DNA of 43,893 bases from a virus (IMGVR_UViG_2645727810_000025:1-43893), one strand, 5' to 3'; positions 8,631 to 16,860 are shown, counted from the first letter of the stretch. Translations and numbers: made by a program. The notes: generated by a model from the sequence alone, not told the origin.

Positions 8631-9095
8631 ATGGCGGCAGTATTAGGGATTGACCCAGGATGCAGAGGATCTCTGGTCCTGATAACTGAGCAGGGCGGAT
8701 ACATCGACCATCTGGCAATGCCGACCATCAAGGTTGGGACCAAGTCCAGAGTCAACGGCGCAGCGGTGGCGGCATGGATAAGGCAGTACGGAATAACTCA
8801 TGCGTATCTGGAGCAGGTGGGCGCAATGCCAGGACAGGGAACGGCGAGCATGTTCACGTTCGGGCATGCAGCTGGCGTGGTGGAGGGGATACTCCAGGGG
8901 CTGAACATCCCATACACGCTGGTAACTCCGCAGTCCTGGAAGAAGTCAGCCGGTCTCATCGGAAGTGACAAGGACGCAGCGCGCAGCAGGGCGATTCAGC
9001 TCTACCCGGAACTCAGGGCGCTGGATGCAAAAGCGAAAGGTCAGGCCATCGCAGATGCGCTGTTAATCGCAAGGTTCGGGATCGGTATCAAATAA
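8631..9095 (+). CDS. RuvC-like Holliday junction resolvase
   Basis: 154 aa; N-terminal GIDPGCRGS motif analogous to the RuvC GIDPG active-site segment. Confidence 0.65.
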   Translation: MAAVLGIDPGCRGSLVLITEQGGYIDHLAMPTIKVGTKSRVNGAAVAAWIRQYGITHAYLEQVGAMPGQGTASMFTFGHAAGVVEGILQGLNIPYTLVTPQSWKKSAGLIGSDKDAARSRAIQLYPELRALDAKAKGQAIADALLIARFGIGIK

Positions 9096-9151
9096 CGATC
9101 CTTTTAGTTATCAAACTAATCAATAACTTATACGGGTAAGCGAGGGTAATA

Positions 9152-9724
9152 ATGGGAAGCAATATCATTGAGTTAGCGAAGTTAGGACATGAGCGCGCGG
9201 CTGAACTGAAGGCATCATGCGGTGCTGTCGACGTGCGCAGCCTGGCGCAACTGATTAGCGATCTGGCCACGCAGCTTGAAGTGCAGTTTGTTTGCTCAAC
9301 CAACATGGCAGTACAGCTCGCTAACGCCGAGAGCAAGTGCAGGGAGCTGGCGGCGGAGAATGGGGAGTTGAAATCATACCGGCCTAGACCTGGTGGTCAG
9401 GTCATGATGGAAGCGCTGGATGCTTTTGAATCGCAAGACGATTACCCAGAAGGCGGCATGATGGACGCCTTTGAACTGCTTTGCTGCAAGCACGTTGAAA
9501 CCCCAGCCACCGACGCTTTCCTGGCTGAAGTGCGGGCGCAGGGCGTGGATGCTGCTATAGAAGCTGCAAAAAATCTGGTGGCCCAAGAATATGAGTATAA
9601 GGATTTCAAAGCGGCGCAGAGTGATTGCTGTATGCACCCTGGTTCAGACCTGGTAGGGAAGGTTGAAATGACTGAGTGGTTAGTTGACTTTGCTGCCCAG
9701 CTTCGCAAAGGAGGCAACCAGTGA
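9152..9724 (+). CDS. hypothetical protein (190 aa)
   Basis: ATG preceded by GAGGGTAATA; acidic, helical-looking; no family recognised. Confidence 0.55.
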   Translation: MGSNIIELAKLGHERAAELKASCGAVDVRSLAQLISDLATQLEVQFVCSTNMAVQLANAESKCRELAAENGELKSYRPRPGGQVMMEALDAFESQDDYPEGGMMDAFELLCCKHVETPATDAFLAEVRAQGVDAAIEAAKNLVAQEYEYKDFKAAQSDCCMHPGSDLVGKVEMTEWLVDFAAQLRKGGNQ

Positions 9725-9990
9725 GTGAGTCAAAATGCCAAATTAATGGCAACAAGATAGAACCGTGCGCGGCGTTGGCAAAATCTCTCGAATATGGAAA
9801 TCCAACATTCAAGAGTAAAGGCATATTTATCCCGGAGCGTGTGAACATAAACACCGGCGAGTCATGCATAGATATTGCTCAAATTCACTCGGGGAAATAT
9901 ATCGGTCGTGGCGTTGCAATGTGCTTTTGCCCGTTCTGTGGTGAAAGTTTGAAAACGTGGGAAGCGGAGGCAGCCAGTGAGCAAAATTGA
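9721..9990 (+). CDS. hypothetical Cys-rich small protein (89 aa)
   Basis: GTG start after AGGAGG SD; CFCPFCGE motif suggests a zinc ribbon. Confidence 0.45.
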   Translation: MSESKCQINGNKIEPCAALAKSLEYGNPTFKSKGIFIPERVNINTGESCIDIAQIHSGKYIGRGVAMCFCPFCGESLKTWEAEAASEQN

Positions 9991-10615
9991 CCATCAGGCA
10001 CTGCGTGAGGCGGCAGAGCAGGCAATGCATGACGACTGGGGATTTGACGCGGACCTTTTCCATGAGCTGGTAACACCATCGATTGTGCTGGAACTGCTGG
10101 ATGAACAGGAAAGAAACCAGCAATACATCAAACGCCGCGACCAGGAGAACGAGGAGATTGCGCTTACGGTTGGGAAGCTGCGTGTTGAGCTTGAAGCAGC
10201 AGAGAACAACCTTATTGATAGTGAATGCCATGTTGCTGAACTGGAAGAAGCTCTACGCGATAAGCAGGCGTTACTTGAAGCCTCAGAAAAGCGCAACGCA
10301 AAATTACAAAGCGAGAATGCATACATCCGCAACCGGTACAAAGAACTGGACCTATTAATCGGGAAAAACATTCTGGTCATGCAGGCTGCCATTATCGAAT
10401 GGCAGGCAACTGGCGACGCTAAGAGCGGACTAGCATGGATTTATAACACACTGTTTGGCCCTGGCGAATTACCGGACGAATCTGAGAAAGATGCTCAGGC
10501 CTACTTTAATCGCAAATATGCACCGATTGACGAAAAGCTTATGGCGCTTCACAAGTGGTTTTGGGAACAAAGTGAAGCCGAGCGCGCCGCTGGCATTCGC
10601 ATCAAAGGAGAGTGA
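9977..10615 (+). CDS. Ead/Ea22-like protein
   Basis: 212 aa; N-terminus (M)SKIDHQALREAAEQA and coiled-coil middle typical of lambdoid Ea22-like proteins; GTG start after GGAGG. Confidence 0.55.
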   Translation: MSKIDHQALREAAEQAMHDDWGFDADLFHELVTPSIVLELLDEQERNQQYIKRRDQENEEIALTVGKLRVELEAAENNLIDSECHVAELEEALRDKQALLEASEKRNAKLQSENAYIRNRYKELDLLIGKNILVMQAAIIEWQATGDAKSGLAWIYNTLFGPGELPDESEKDAQAYFNRKYAPIDEKLMALHKWFWEQSEAERAAGIRIKGE

Positions 10616-10616
10616 G

Positions 10617-10808
10617 ATGAACGGACAAATCTCAATTGTTCGACCGGGAGCATGTGACGATTGCGAGATACGAATGATTATTCGTCTGGCGAGGGGGAAA
10701 ACAATAACTGCTCTCATTACTCCAGAAAATCTCGCATTAGCATTAACCGGAAAGTCAGACCTGCCAGTAGAGCTAAAGCTGCGAAATGTTGAGATTAAGG
10801 TGAAATAG
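10617..10808 (+). CDS. hypothetical small protein (63 aa)
   Basis: ATG 8 nt after AAAGGAG; internal start within the longer track ORF 10455-10808. Confidence 0.45.
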   Translation: MNGQISIVRPGACDDCEIRMIIRLARGKTITALITPENLALALTGKSDLPVELKLRNVEIKVK

Positions 10809-10810
10809 CT

Positions 10811-11206
10811 ATGACCACTATTACCAAAGAGCGACTGCTGACAATCAAGCAGTGGCGCGAAACATACGGACCGGGTAGCAACGTTGTACTGCCAGCAGAA
10901 GAAGCGGAAGAACTGGCACGAATTGCTCTGGCATCGCTGGAAGTCGAGCCGATAGGTTTCCGTTGCAGGCGCAATGATAACCTTGGTGATTGGAGTTACG
11001 TATATCATCGAGAGCCAGATGATTTTGAGCGCAAACATTTAGTGATAGAGGGCATTTACGCCGCCCCTCCAGCGCAAGTAGTACCGGAAGAAAAACCAAT
11101 GCCTAATCCTCTTAGCATGTACGCGGTTGATGCTGTTGCCGCTATTGCAGAGGTGAGAGGCTGGAACGCCTGCCGTGCCGCTATGCTTCAGGGGAAAGGA
11201 GACTGA
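10811..11206 (+). CDS. hypothetical protein (131 aa), shares N-terminal module with the 11416 gene
   Basis: MTTITKE... and ELARIALASLEVEP segments repeated in the downstream paralog; AAGGTG SD. Confidence 0.55.
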   Translation: MTTITKERLLTIKQWRETYGPGSNVVLPAEEAEELARIALASLEVEPIGFRCRRNDNLGDWSYVYHREPDDFERKHLVIEGIYAAPPAQVVPEEKPMPNPLSMYAVDAVAAIAEVRGWNACRAAMLQGKGD

Positions 11207-11207
11207 T

Positions 11208-11405
11208 ATGGATAAAAACACCACTGCTTACTGGAATCTGTCACTTGATACCGAATGCCCAAAATGCGGTCACAATTTCGATCTGCTTTGTGACGCTGAT
11301 TTCTGGGAGTTTTCTGGAGCTAAACAGGCATGTGAAGAAATAAAAGGTTACGAAACATGCTGTCCAGAATGTAACCATGAATTTAAAACAGATTTCGTGT
11401 ATTGA
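11208..11405 (+). CDS. hypothetical zinc-ribbon small protein (65 aa)
   Basis: ATG after AAGGAG; CPKCGH...CCPECNH four-Cys pattern. Confidence 0.5.
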   Translation: MDKNTTAYWNLSLDTECPKCGHNFDLLCDADFWEFSGAKQACEEIKGYETCCPECNHEFKTDFVY

Positions 11406-11415
11406 GGCATAACAA

Positions 11416-12042
11416 ATGACCACTATTACCAGAGAACAGGCACAGAAAATTATTGAAGCAGCCGATGAGGTTATTAGTGCGCTTGCCGGAACTAACGAGG
11501 ATGTTCACCCTGGTAGCGATAACATGCTACGCCTGTGGGATGACCTGAATGACCGTTACGCGCCCCCTGAAGTTGTGCGTGAGCTGGCACGAATTGCACT
11601 GGCATCACTGGAAGCAGAGCCTGTAAGCCAAACTTACAACTTGCCAGAATTAATCGAAGGGATGGAAGTTTCCATTGATGTAAGCACTTGTGATGCTGAT
11701 TTAGGTAATCGCTATTTCGGTACCGTCACCGAGGCGTTAGAACTTGATACAGCCAAGAATGGTTACATCCTCCTAGTTCAGGACGCAGAGCCAAACTTCG
11801 ATGTAAATGGCAACTCTCCGGTAATTCCGGGCGGTTGGATAAGCTGTAGTGAGCGAATGCCGGATAGCAAAACAGCCGTTCTTGTTGCCAGGGAGTTTGA
11901 CAGGAAAGGTGACTGGCGAATGAAATGGGCGACTTACATCCCGGGGCATCCTGACGCTAATGATGGGTGGGTAATACCTGGTGCGTCGTGGATACCATCA
12001 CACTGGATGCCGCTACCAGAACCGCCGCAGGAGGCAAAATGA
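11416..12042 (+). CDS. DUF551-like phage protein
   Basis: 208 aa; C-terminal GGWISCSERMPD...PSHWMPLPEPPQ resembles the DUF551 signature; N-terminal module paralogous to the 10811 gene. Confidence 0.6.
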   Translation: MTTITREQAQKIIEAADEVISALAGTNEDVHPGSDNMLRLWDDLNDRYAPPEVVRELARIALASLEAEPVSQTYNLPELIEGMEVSIDVSTCDADLGNRYFGTVTEALELDTAKNGYILLVQDAEPNFDVNGNSPVIPGGWISCSERMPDSKTAVLVAREFDRKGDWRMKWATYIPGHPDANDGWVIPGASWIPSHWMPLPEPPQEAK

Positions 12043-12299
12043 TGGATGTAAAAGAGAAGGTTTTGCAGGTGATACGTTCCCGTGCGGCCCTGCAAGAGAA
12101 AGCTCTCGGCGGGGAATATCCATTCACGATAGCAACCTGGAATCTGCGGTTGGCAATGGAGAAGGAATTTCCTGATGAAGAATGGCGCTCGGCAGATTTG
12201 CGCAAAATTCTTATGGAGCTGGCTAAAGACGGAACAGTATCTAAAGATACCCATGCCAGCCGGATTGGTCAGGCGGTATGGAGACTGGAGGTGAGGTAA
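12039..12299 (+). CDS. hypothetical protein (86 aa)
   Basis: ATG 7 nt after AGGAGG; overlaps previous stop (ATGA). Confidence 0.5.
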   Translation: MMDVKEKVLQVIRSRAALQEKALGGEYPFTIATWNLRLAMEKEFPDEEWRSADLRKILMELAKDGTVSKDTHASRIGQAVWRLEVR

Positions 12300-12637
12300 T
12301 GGCTAAATCCGCAGCAGAACGCAAAGCCGCGCAGCGGGCCCGCCAGGCTGAATCTGGTAACCGCAAGCTTGAATTGCAACTCGATGAGCAGGAGCATGAG
12401 ATGCTGGCGCGGAACTGCGCCGCCCGGCGCCCTGGTCGTGCGCCGTATGAGATGAGCGAGTACATCGCGTTGCTTATCCGCCAGGATGATGCGCGAGTTC
12501 GTGGCCGTATCAAGTCAATCAGTTCTAACCGCTGTGGTAAGTGCGGCGATTCGCTACCGGTTGAGTCGTGTCCGTGCGACGGTGATTCTGCATGTTGGGT
12601 GACGCGTGGCTGGCATGAGACTAAGTTATCAGTGTGA
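12299..12637 (+). CDS. hypothetical basic protein with C-terminal Cys cluster (112 aa); candidate regulator
   Basis: ATG after GGAGGTGAGG; N-terminus rich in R/K/Q, C-terminus CGKCGDS...CPCDGDSAC; last gene before the packaging genes. Confidence 0.5.
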   Translation: MAKSAAERKAAQRARQAESGNRKLELQLDEQEHEMLARNCAARRPGRAPYEMSEYIALLIRQDDARVRGRIKSISSNRCGKCGDSLPVESCPCDGDSACWVTRGWHETKLSV

Positions 12638-12645
12638 CATGTCAC
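12634..12645. repeat. 12-bp perfect palindrome GTGACATGTCAC (copy 1)
   Basis: Overlaps the TGA stop of the 12299-12637 gene; followed by an intrinsic terminator. Confidence 0.7.
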
Positions 12646-12668
12646 GATATCTACAATAAATTGCAACG

Positions 12669-12694
12669 GCCGCCGACTATGGCGGCTTTGTTTT
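12669..12694 (+). terminator. rho-independent terminator
   Basis: GCCGCC-gactat-GGCGGC hairpin followed by TTTGTTTTG. Confidence 0.6.
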
Positions 12695-12705
12695 GCGTGT
12701 TACTA

Positions 12706-12738
12706 TTACCAAAACGGTAATTATTACTTCGGTGGTAA
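12706..12738. promoter_or_regulatory. operator-like palindrome TTACCAAAACGGTAA plus degenerate second site TTACTTCGGTGGTAA
   Basis: First site followed by TTATTAC; second site ends 3 nt before the terS ATG. Confidence 0.5.
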
Positions 12739-12740
12739 CA

Positions 12741-13334
12741 ATGCCCGCAGAACCAAAAGCACCAAAACGCAAATCAACGCAGTACAAGCCACTGACAGCG
12801 ATGCAGGAGGCTTACGCGCAGGAATACACCAAATGCCCTGAGAATCAGACGCAGGCAGCGATTAACGCAGGGTTCTCACCTAATACAGCAGCGGTCAAGG
12901 CCAGTGTCATGATGCGTGATGAGCGCATCCAGAAACGGATCGCCGAACTGATGGAAGAGCGCAACAAGCGCCTGCGAGTCAGTGCGGATTACGTACTGCT
13001 TCGCCTGGTAGAAATAGACCAGATGGATGTGATTGACATCCTGAACGATGACGGCACGCTGAAGCCGATCCGCGAGTGGCCAAAGATATGGCGTACCACG
13101 CTGAGCGGTTTCGACCTGTCATCGACCATCATGAACATGGATGAGACCTCGATAGAGACAATCCTCAAAAAAATAAAATGGCCTGACAAGGTGAAGAACC
13201 TCGAGCTTATCGGTAAACACGTGGACGTTAACGCGTTCAAAGAGCGCCTTGAGGTATCCGGCACCGTCACCATTGCCGACCGCATGGCGAAGGCCCGCCG
13301 TCGCGTGAAAGAGCAGGCTGGTGGTGAAGAATGA
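12741..13334 (+). CDS. terminase small subunit
   Basis: 197 aa from ATG at 12741; AGFSPNTAAVKAS segment resembles the P27-family small terminase HTH; directly upstream of and overlapping the large subunit. Confidence 0.7.
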   Translation: MPAEPKAPKRKSTQYKPLTAMQEAYAQEYTKCPENQTQAAINAGFSPNTAAVKASVMMRDERIQKRIAELMEERNKRLRVSADYVLLRLVEIDQMDVIDILNDDGTLKPIREWPKIWRTTLSGFDLSSTIMNMDETSIETILKKIKWPDKVKNLELIGKHVDVNAFKERLEVSGTVTIADRMAKARRRVKEQAGGEE

Positions 13335-14812
13335 CAACCGCAGCCATGTCGCCGGAAGAACAGCTCGTCGAGGATATCGCCTCGTTCACGTATGACCCGC
13401 TGGGCTATTCGCTGTATGCGTTTCCGTGGGGCGAAGAGGGAACAGAGCTGGCGCATGCCACCGGCCCACGCAAATGGCAGGCCGATGCATTCCGCGAGAT
13501 ACGCGATCACCTTCAGAATCCTGCCACTCGTCACCAGCCGCTGATGCTGGCCCGCGCATCCGGCCACGGTATCGGCAAATCCGCGTTCATCTCAATGCTG
13601 ATTAACTGGGGCATGTCCACCTGTGAAGACTGCAAGGTGGTGGTGACCGCCAACACAGACAACCAGCTGCGCACCAAAACATGGCCTGAAATCATCAAAT
13701 GGTCGAACCTGGCTATCACGAAAGAGTGGTTCACCTGCACCGCCACCGCGATGTACAGCAACGATCCCGGTCATGACAAACGCTGGCGCGCTGATGCTAT
13801 CCCATGGTCTGAGCACAACACTGAGGCGTTCGCCGGGCTGCACAACGAGCGTAAGCGCATCATAGTTGTATTCGATGAAGCGTCCAACATTGCCGATCTG
13901 GTGTGGGAAGTTGCCGAGGGTGCGCTGACGGACGAAGACACTGAAATCATCTGGGTGGCGTTCGGGAACCCGACGCGTAACACCGGGCGTTTCCGTGAAT
14001 GCTTCCGTAAATACAAACACCGCTGGAAGTGCGCGCAGATTGATTCACGTACCGTGGAAGGCACCAACAAGGAGCAACTGCAAAAATGGGTGGACGACTA
14101 CGGCGAGGACAGCGATTTCGTCAAAGTACGTGTGCGCGGGATCTTCCCTGACGCTTCTGAAAACCAGTTCATTCCATCAGGCCTGACGCAACCAGCTGTT
14201 GGCAGGGTTATTACTCCGGCACAGGTCCAGCACGCTGCTGTAGTTCTTGGCGTCGACCCGTCTCACCAGGGTAAAGACCCGGCGGTTATCTACCTGCGGC
14301 AAGGCCTGCACTGCAAAAAACTCGGGGAGTGGCAGCGTACCACTGACGATGTGCTGTTTGCGAAAGTGATTGCCGACTTCGAGGACCAGTACCAGGCTGA
14401 CGCTGTGTTTATCGATTACGGCTATGGCACAGGTCTTAAATCTGTTGGCGATAACTGGGGGCGCAACTGGACGCTGATAATGTTCGGCAGCGGTACGGCA
14501 GATCCCGAGATGGGCAACAAACGCGGCGAGATGTATAAATCCGCCCGTGACGCGCTGAAGCTTGGTGCGCAACTGGATAGCCAGGAACTTGCCGACGAAC
14601 TGAGCGCACCTGAATACAAAGTCAGGCTGAAGGACAGTAGGAAGATTTTGCAGGACAAGGACGAGGTGAAAGAATTGCTTGGCCGTTCACCGAACAACGC
14701 CGACGCCTATGTTCTGACCTACGCAGCACCGGTTACAAAAAAACAGTTTAACTATGGGCAGCAGCAAAGCCAGCAGGGTAAGGCACTCACAGAGTACGAT
14801 CCCTATGCATGA
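13331..14812 (+). CDS. terminase large subunit
   Basis: 493 aa; Walker A-like GHGIGKS; size and position between small terminase and the structural genes. Confidence 0.85.
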   Translation: MTTAAMSPEEQLVEDIASFTYDPLGYSLYAFPWGEEGTELAHATGPRKWQADAFREIRDHLQNPATRHQPLMLARASGHGIGKSAFISMLINWGMSTCEDCKVVVTANTDNQLRTKTWPEIIKWSNLAITKEWFTCTATAMYSNDPGHDKRWRADAIPWSEHNTEAFAGLHNERKRIIVVFDEASNIADLVWEVAEGALTDEDTEIIWVAFGNPTRNTGRFRECFRKYKHRWKCAQIDSRTVEGTNKEQLQKWVDDYGEDSDFVKVRVRGIFPDASENQFIPSGLTQPAVGRVITPAQVQHAAVVLGVDPSHQGKDPAVIYLRQGLHCKKLGEWQRTTDDVLFAKVIADFEDQYQADAVFIDYGYGTGLKSVGDNWGRNWTLIMFGSGTADPEMGNKRGEMYKSARDALKLGAQLDSQELADELSAPEYKVRLKDSRKILQDKDEVKELLGRSPNNADAYVLTYAAPVTKKQFNYGQQQSQQGKALTEYDPYA

Positions 14813-14815
14813 AAA

Positions 14816-14840
14816 AGCCCGCGCATCGGCGGGCTTTGTG
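14816..14840. terminator. bidirectional intrinsic terminator
   Basis: GCCCGC-gcatcg-GCGGGC hairpin flanked by A5 upstream and TTTGTG downstream; sits between convergent terL and the leftward 14999 gene. Confidence 0.65.
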
Positions 14841-14990
14841 TAGTGCGCGGTAGATGGTGCTGATATCCATCTGTGGCAGGTTGACAACAGCCACCTTCTT
14901 TCCCCGTCTCGTCAGCATATCGAGAATGTACCGCGCAATTCAGCATAAAAATGCTGAGTTAATAAGTCAATGCCGATTTGCGGGCTGATT

Positions 14991-15002
14991 GTGACATGTC
15001 AC
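14991..15002. repeat. 12-bp perfect palindrome GTGACATGTCAC (copy 2)
   Basis: Contains the TGA stop (reverse strand) of the 14999-15274 gene. Confidence 0.7.
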
Positions 15003-15274
15003 GGCTTAAAAACCGGCGGCACAGATGCCGTTCTTTGGATAGTTTTAATTATCTCACTTTCGTAATGATCTGCTCTTTTTTTCTGAATACTCATGTACTG
15101 AACGATGGCCTGTTGTTCAGTAATCGCACCATTCCTGAGTGCTGCAATAACCATCCTCGCATAAGTATCATGGGCAATTAAAGACTCAAGGTACTCAATA
15201 GCTGATGATTCTTTGGCCTGAATTTCCTGCTCGATAGCCATGAAGGATGGTGCTGGAGATGCAGTTGATACCAT
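14999..15274 (-). CDS. hypothetical helical protein (91 aa)
   Basis: ATG at 15274 with AAGGTG SD (the track's first codon at 15283 is GTG); no family recognised. Confidence 0.5.
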   Translation of the reverse strand: MVSTASPAPSFMAIEQEIQAKESSAIEYLESLIAHDTYARMVIAALRNGAITEQQAIVQYMSIQKKRADHYESEIIKTIQRTASVPPVFKP

Positions 15275-15286
15275 GATTATCACCTT

Positions 15287-15310
15287 AAAAAAATGCCCAC
15301 CGAAGTGGGC
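15287..15310 (-). terminator. intrinsic terminator (minus strand)
   Basis: GCCCAC-ttcg-GTGGGC hairpin followed by a T7 run on the minus strand, downstream of the 15395-15640 gene. Confidence 0.6.
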
Positions 15311-15387
15311 GAACTGGAAGCAAGGGTGCCTTCCATGGCAGTTACGGGTTTACAGCGCAACGTCATCGCAATGGCGTTCTGGTGTAA

Positions 15388-15409
15388 AGCCGCATTAGGC
15401 GGCTTTTTT
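15388..15409 (+). terminator. intrinsic terminator (plus strand)
   Basis: AGCCGC-loop-GCGGCT hairpin followed by TTTTTTG; overlaps the 3' end of the leftward 15395 gene (face-to-face with the minus-strand terminator). Confidence 0.5.
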
Positions 15410-15640
15410 GACTGGCGTTAACCATGCTTTGTTGAATTCCCGCATGGCTTCTTCTGGGGTGCTACCTACGCCGACAACTCCGGTTGGCAGGTCGCCATAT
15501 ATCGCAAGCCATTTATCTCCATCCTGACTAAGTGTCGGTCTGTACAAAACACTCGGTTCACGCATGCATTCAGAAGTAATCTGAAAGTCAGAGGCAACGT
15601 TGAAGAACACGTTTTGGAAATATCCGAGGTCAATATTCAT
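15395..15640 (-). CDS. hypothetical small protein with HicB-like (UPF0150-type) motif
   Basis: 81 aa, ATG with GGAG SD; segment DGDKWLAIYGDLPTGVVGVGSTPEEAMREFNKAW matches the HicB N-terminal pattern (DGGY..S.PDLPGC...G.T.EEA); no DNA-binding domain attached. Confidence 0.45.
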   Translation of the reverse strand: MNIDLGYFQNVFFNVASDFQITSECMREPSVLYRPTLSQDGDKWLAIYGDLPTGVVGVGSTPEEAMREFNKAWLTPVKKAA

Positions 15641-16534
15641 ACTTTTCTCCGGTAAAAAGGGCGGTGGTCAGAAAGGGAATAACTGCCACCGCCAAACTTG
15701 CACTGGAACTACGGGTATCACGGTCCTGAGGCGTGATTGGGTTGTGGTACGCAGTCTATTCGGCATAGCAACTCTGCGCAGATGCTTCTAACAATCACCG
15801 GTGGTAACCGGTTTAATGCCTTATTCACCACAACGGAAAGAGCACTGAAGCGATTACGATTTCAAGGTCGTAATGCTGGCATTGTCGCAATGCTCTTGCC
15901 TGTTGTGTGCTGACCTTACAGCCAGCATGGCTGGAATGAAGCCGCATAACGACTTTTCACCAACTAGGCAGGATCACCCTGAAAGAGCTGCCTCTTGATT
16001 CTTTCAGGCTCCCAATCTTTCCTGGTAGTCAATGCCTTCAGTTGGGCATGCAACCTTCGGTTATCGATCCGTCGTCATCGCCACTGTCCAGGACATTTAA
16101 AAGGACCGTCTCCAAGTGGTAACTCTTCCAGTCCCGCTAAGCACCCGGTGAGATGCTTAACGTGAATGGCTGACATCCTCGTCTCTTCCGAGGTGTCACA
16201 CCGTATCGCCACGATGGTGAGTCGTCTGTCCGTGCTTACCTAACACTGGCTTGCACATTCCGGCTACCCGGCTGGGGAAGTAGCATCAAGGGAACCCATC
16301 CGGACCGCTGCGGCACATGTGCCATATGCCGTACTGCTACACACCTGAAAGCGCACTCCACACCAGGCTCAAAGGTCATTCACTGAAGCGCGCTTTTAGT
16401 TGTGTGCGGAGATGATGCTCCGCTTATCCACCGCCTTTACTTTTAAGCCCAATTTATTGCTGCGGTACTCCGGGCTACTGCACAAGCGGTTACATAACCA
16501 CCTCCGCAATTCGTCAATTCAATACATGAATCAA
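15641..16534. other. about 0.9-kb ORF-free, hairpin-dense region (candidate structured ncRNA or decayed gene)
   Basis: No ORF of 60 aa or more in any frame except one 63-aa track ORF (15600-15791, +) at the left edge, although GC looks like coding DNA; many local stem-loops (GGCGGTGG...CCACCGCC near 15661; CCTGAAAG...CTTTCAGG near 15975; GCGGAG-atgatg-CTCCGC near 16408; palindrome GGCACATGTGCC near 16312). Confidence 0.3.
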
Positions 16535-16549
16535 TTACCTAAAAGGTAA
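16535..16549. promoter_or_regulatory. operator-like palindrome TTACCTAAAAGGTAA
   Basis: TTACC-N5-GGTAA followed by TATCT; a GGTAATAAT half-site follows at about 16607; 90 bp upstream of the 16640 gene and the portal operon. Confidence 0.5.
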
Positions 16550-16639
16550 TATCTGATGTTATAAGTGTCAATAGCCTACGCTAAATAAATCATATGTGGT
16601 TAAATTGGTAATAATTTAATTGCGTACGGAGCTATTGCT

Positions 16640-16846
16640 ATGTGTATCGGCAGCAAGCCATCAGTGCCAGCAGCACCAGAAGTACAGGCCGCGCCACAGG
16701 AGCAGGATGCAGCAGTTGTCAGTTCTCGTGATGACGAAGAGCGCCGCCGCCGTGCAGCTGCTGGTCGCAGTTCTACTCTGCTGACTGGTGCGCAGGGCGA
16801 CACCTCAACCGCAAACACCAGCGGTAAAACGCTGCTCGGTCAGTAA
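16640..16846 (+). CDS. hypothetical small protein (68 aa), Ala/Ser/Thr-rich
   Basis: ATG 12 nt after GGAG; directly upstream of the portal gene. Confidence 0.5.
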   Translation: MCIGSKPSVPAAPEVQAAPQEQDAAVVSSRDDEERRRRAAAGRSSTLLTGAQGDTSTANTSGKTLLGQ

Positions 16847-16860
16847 CGGAGTAGGCAGAG

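Noticed and set aside
12634-12645. Reading TGTGACATGTCACA as a CRP-binding site
   Set aside because: CRP half-sites TGTGA/TCACA require a 6-bp spacer; here the spacer is 4 bp, so a different protein or role is more likely.
12989-13567. 192-aa ORF antisense to the terS/terL junction
   Set aside because: Overlaps two coupled, well-supported genes on the opposite strand; no independent signal.
14978-15181. 67-aa plus-strand ORF overlapping the 14999-15274 gene
   Set aside because: Cys/Arg-rich junk-like sequence antisense to a better-supported helical protein; begins inside the palindrome.
16425-16433. DnaA-box-like TTATCCACC as a replication origin
   Set aside because: Single copy with a mismatch, no clustered boxes or adjacent AT-rich unwinding element.
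16411-16549. 48-aa ORF inside the ORF-free structured region
   Set aside because: SD directly abuts the ATG (no spacer), product is basic low-complexity, and the stop falls inside an operator-like palindrome; probably fortuitous.
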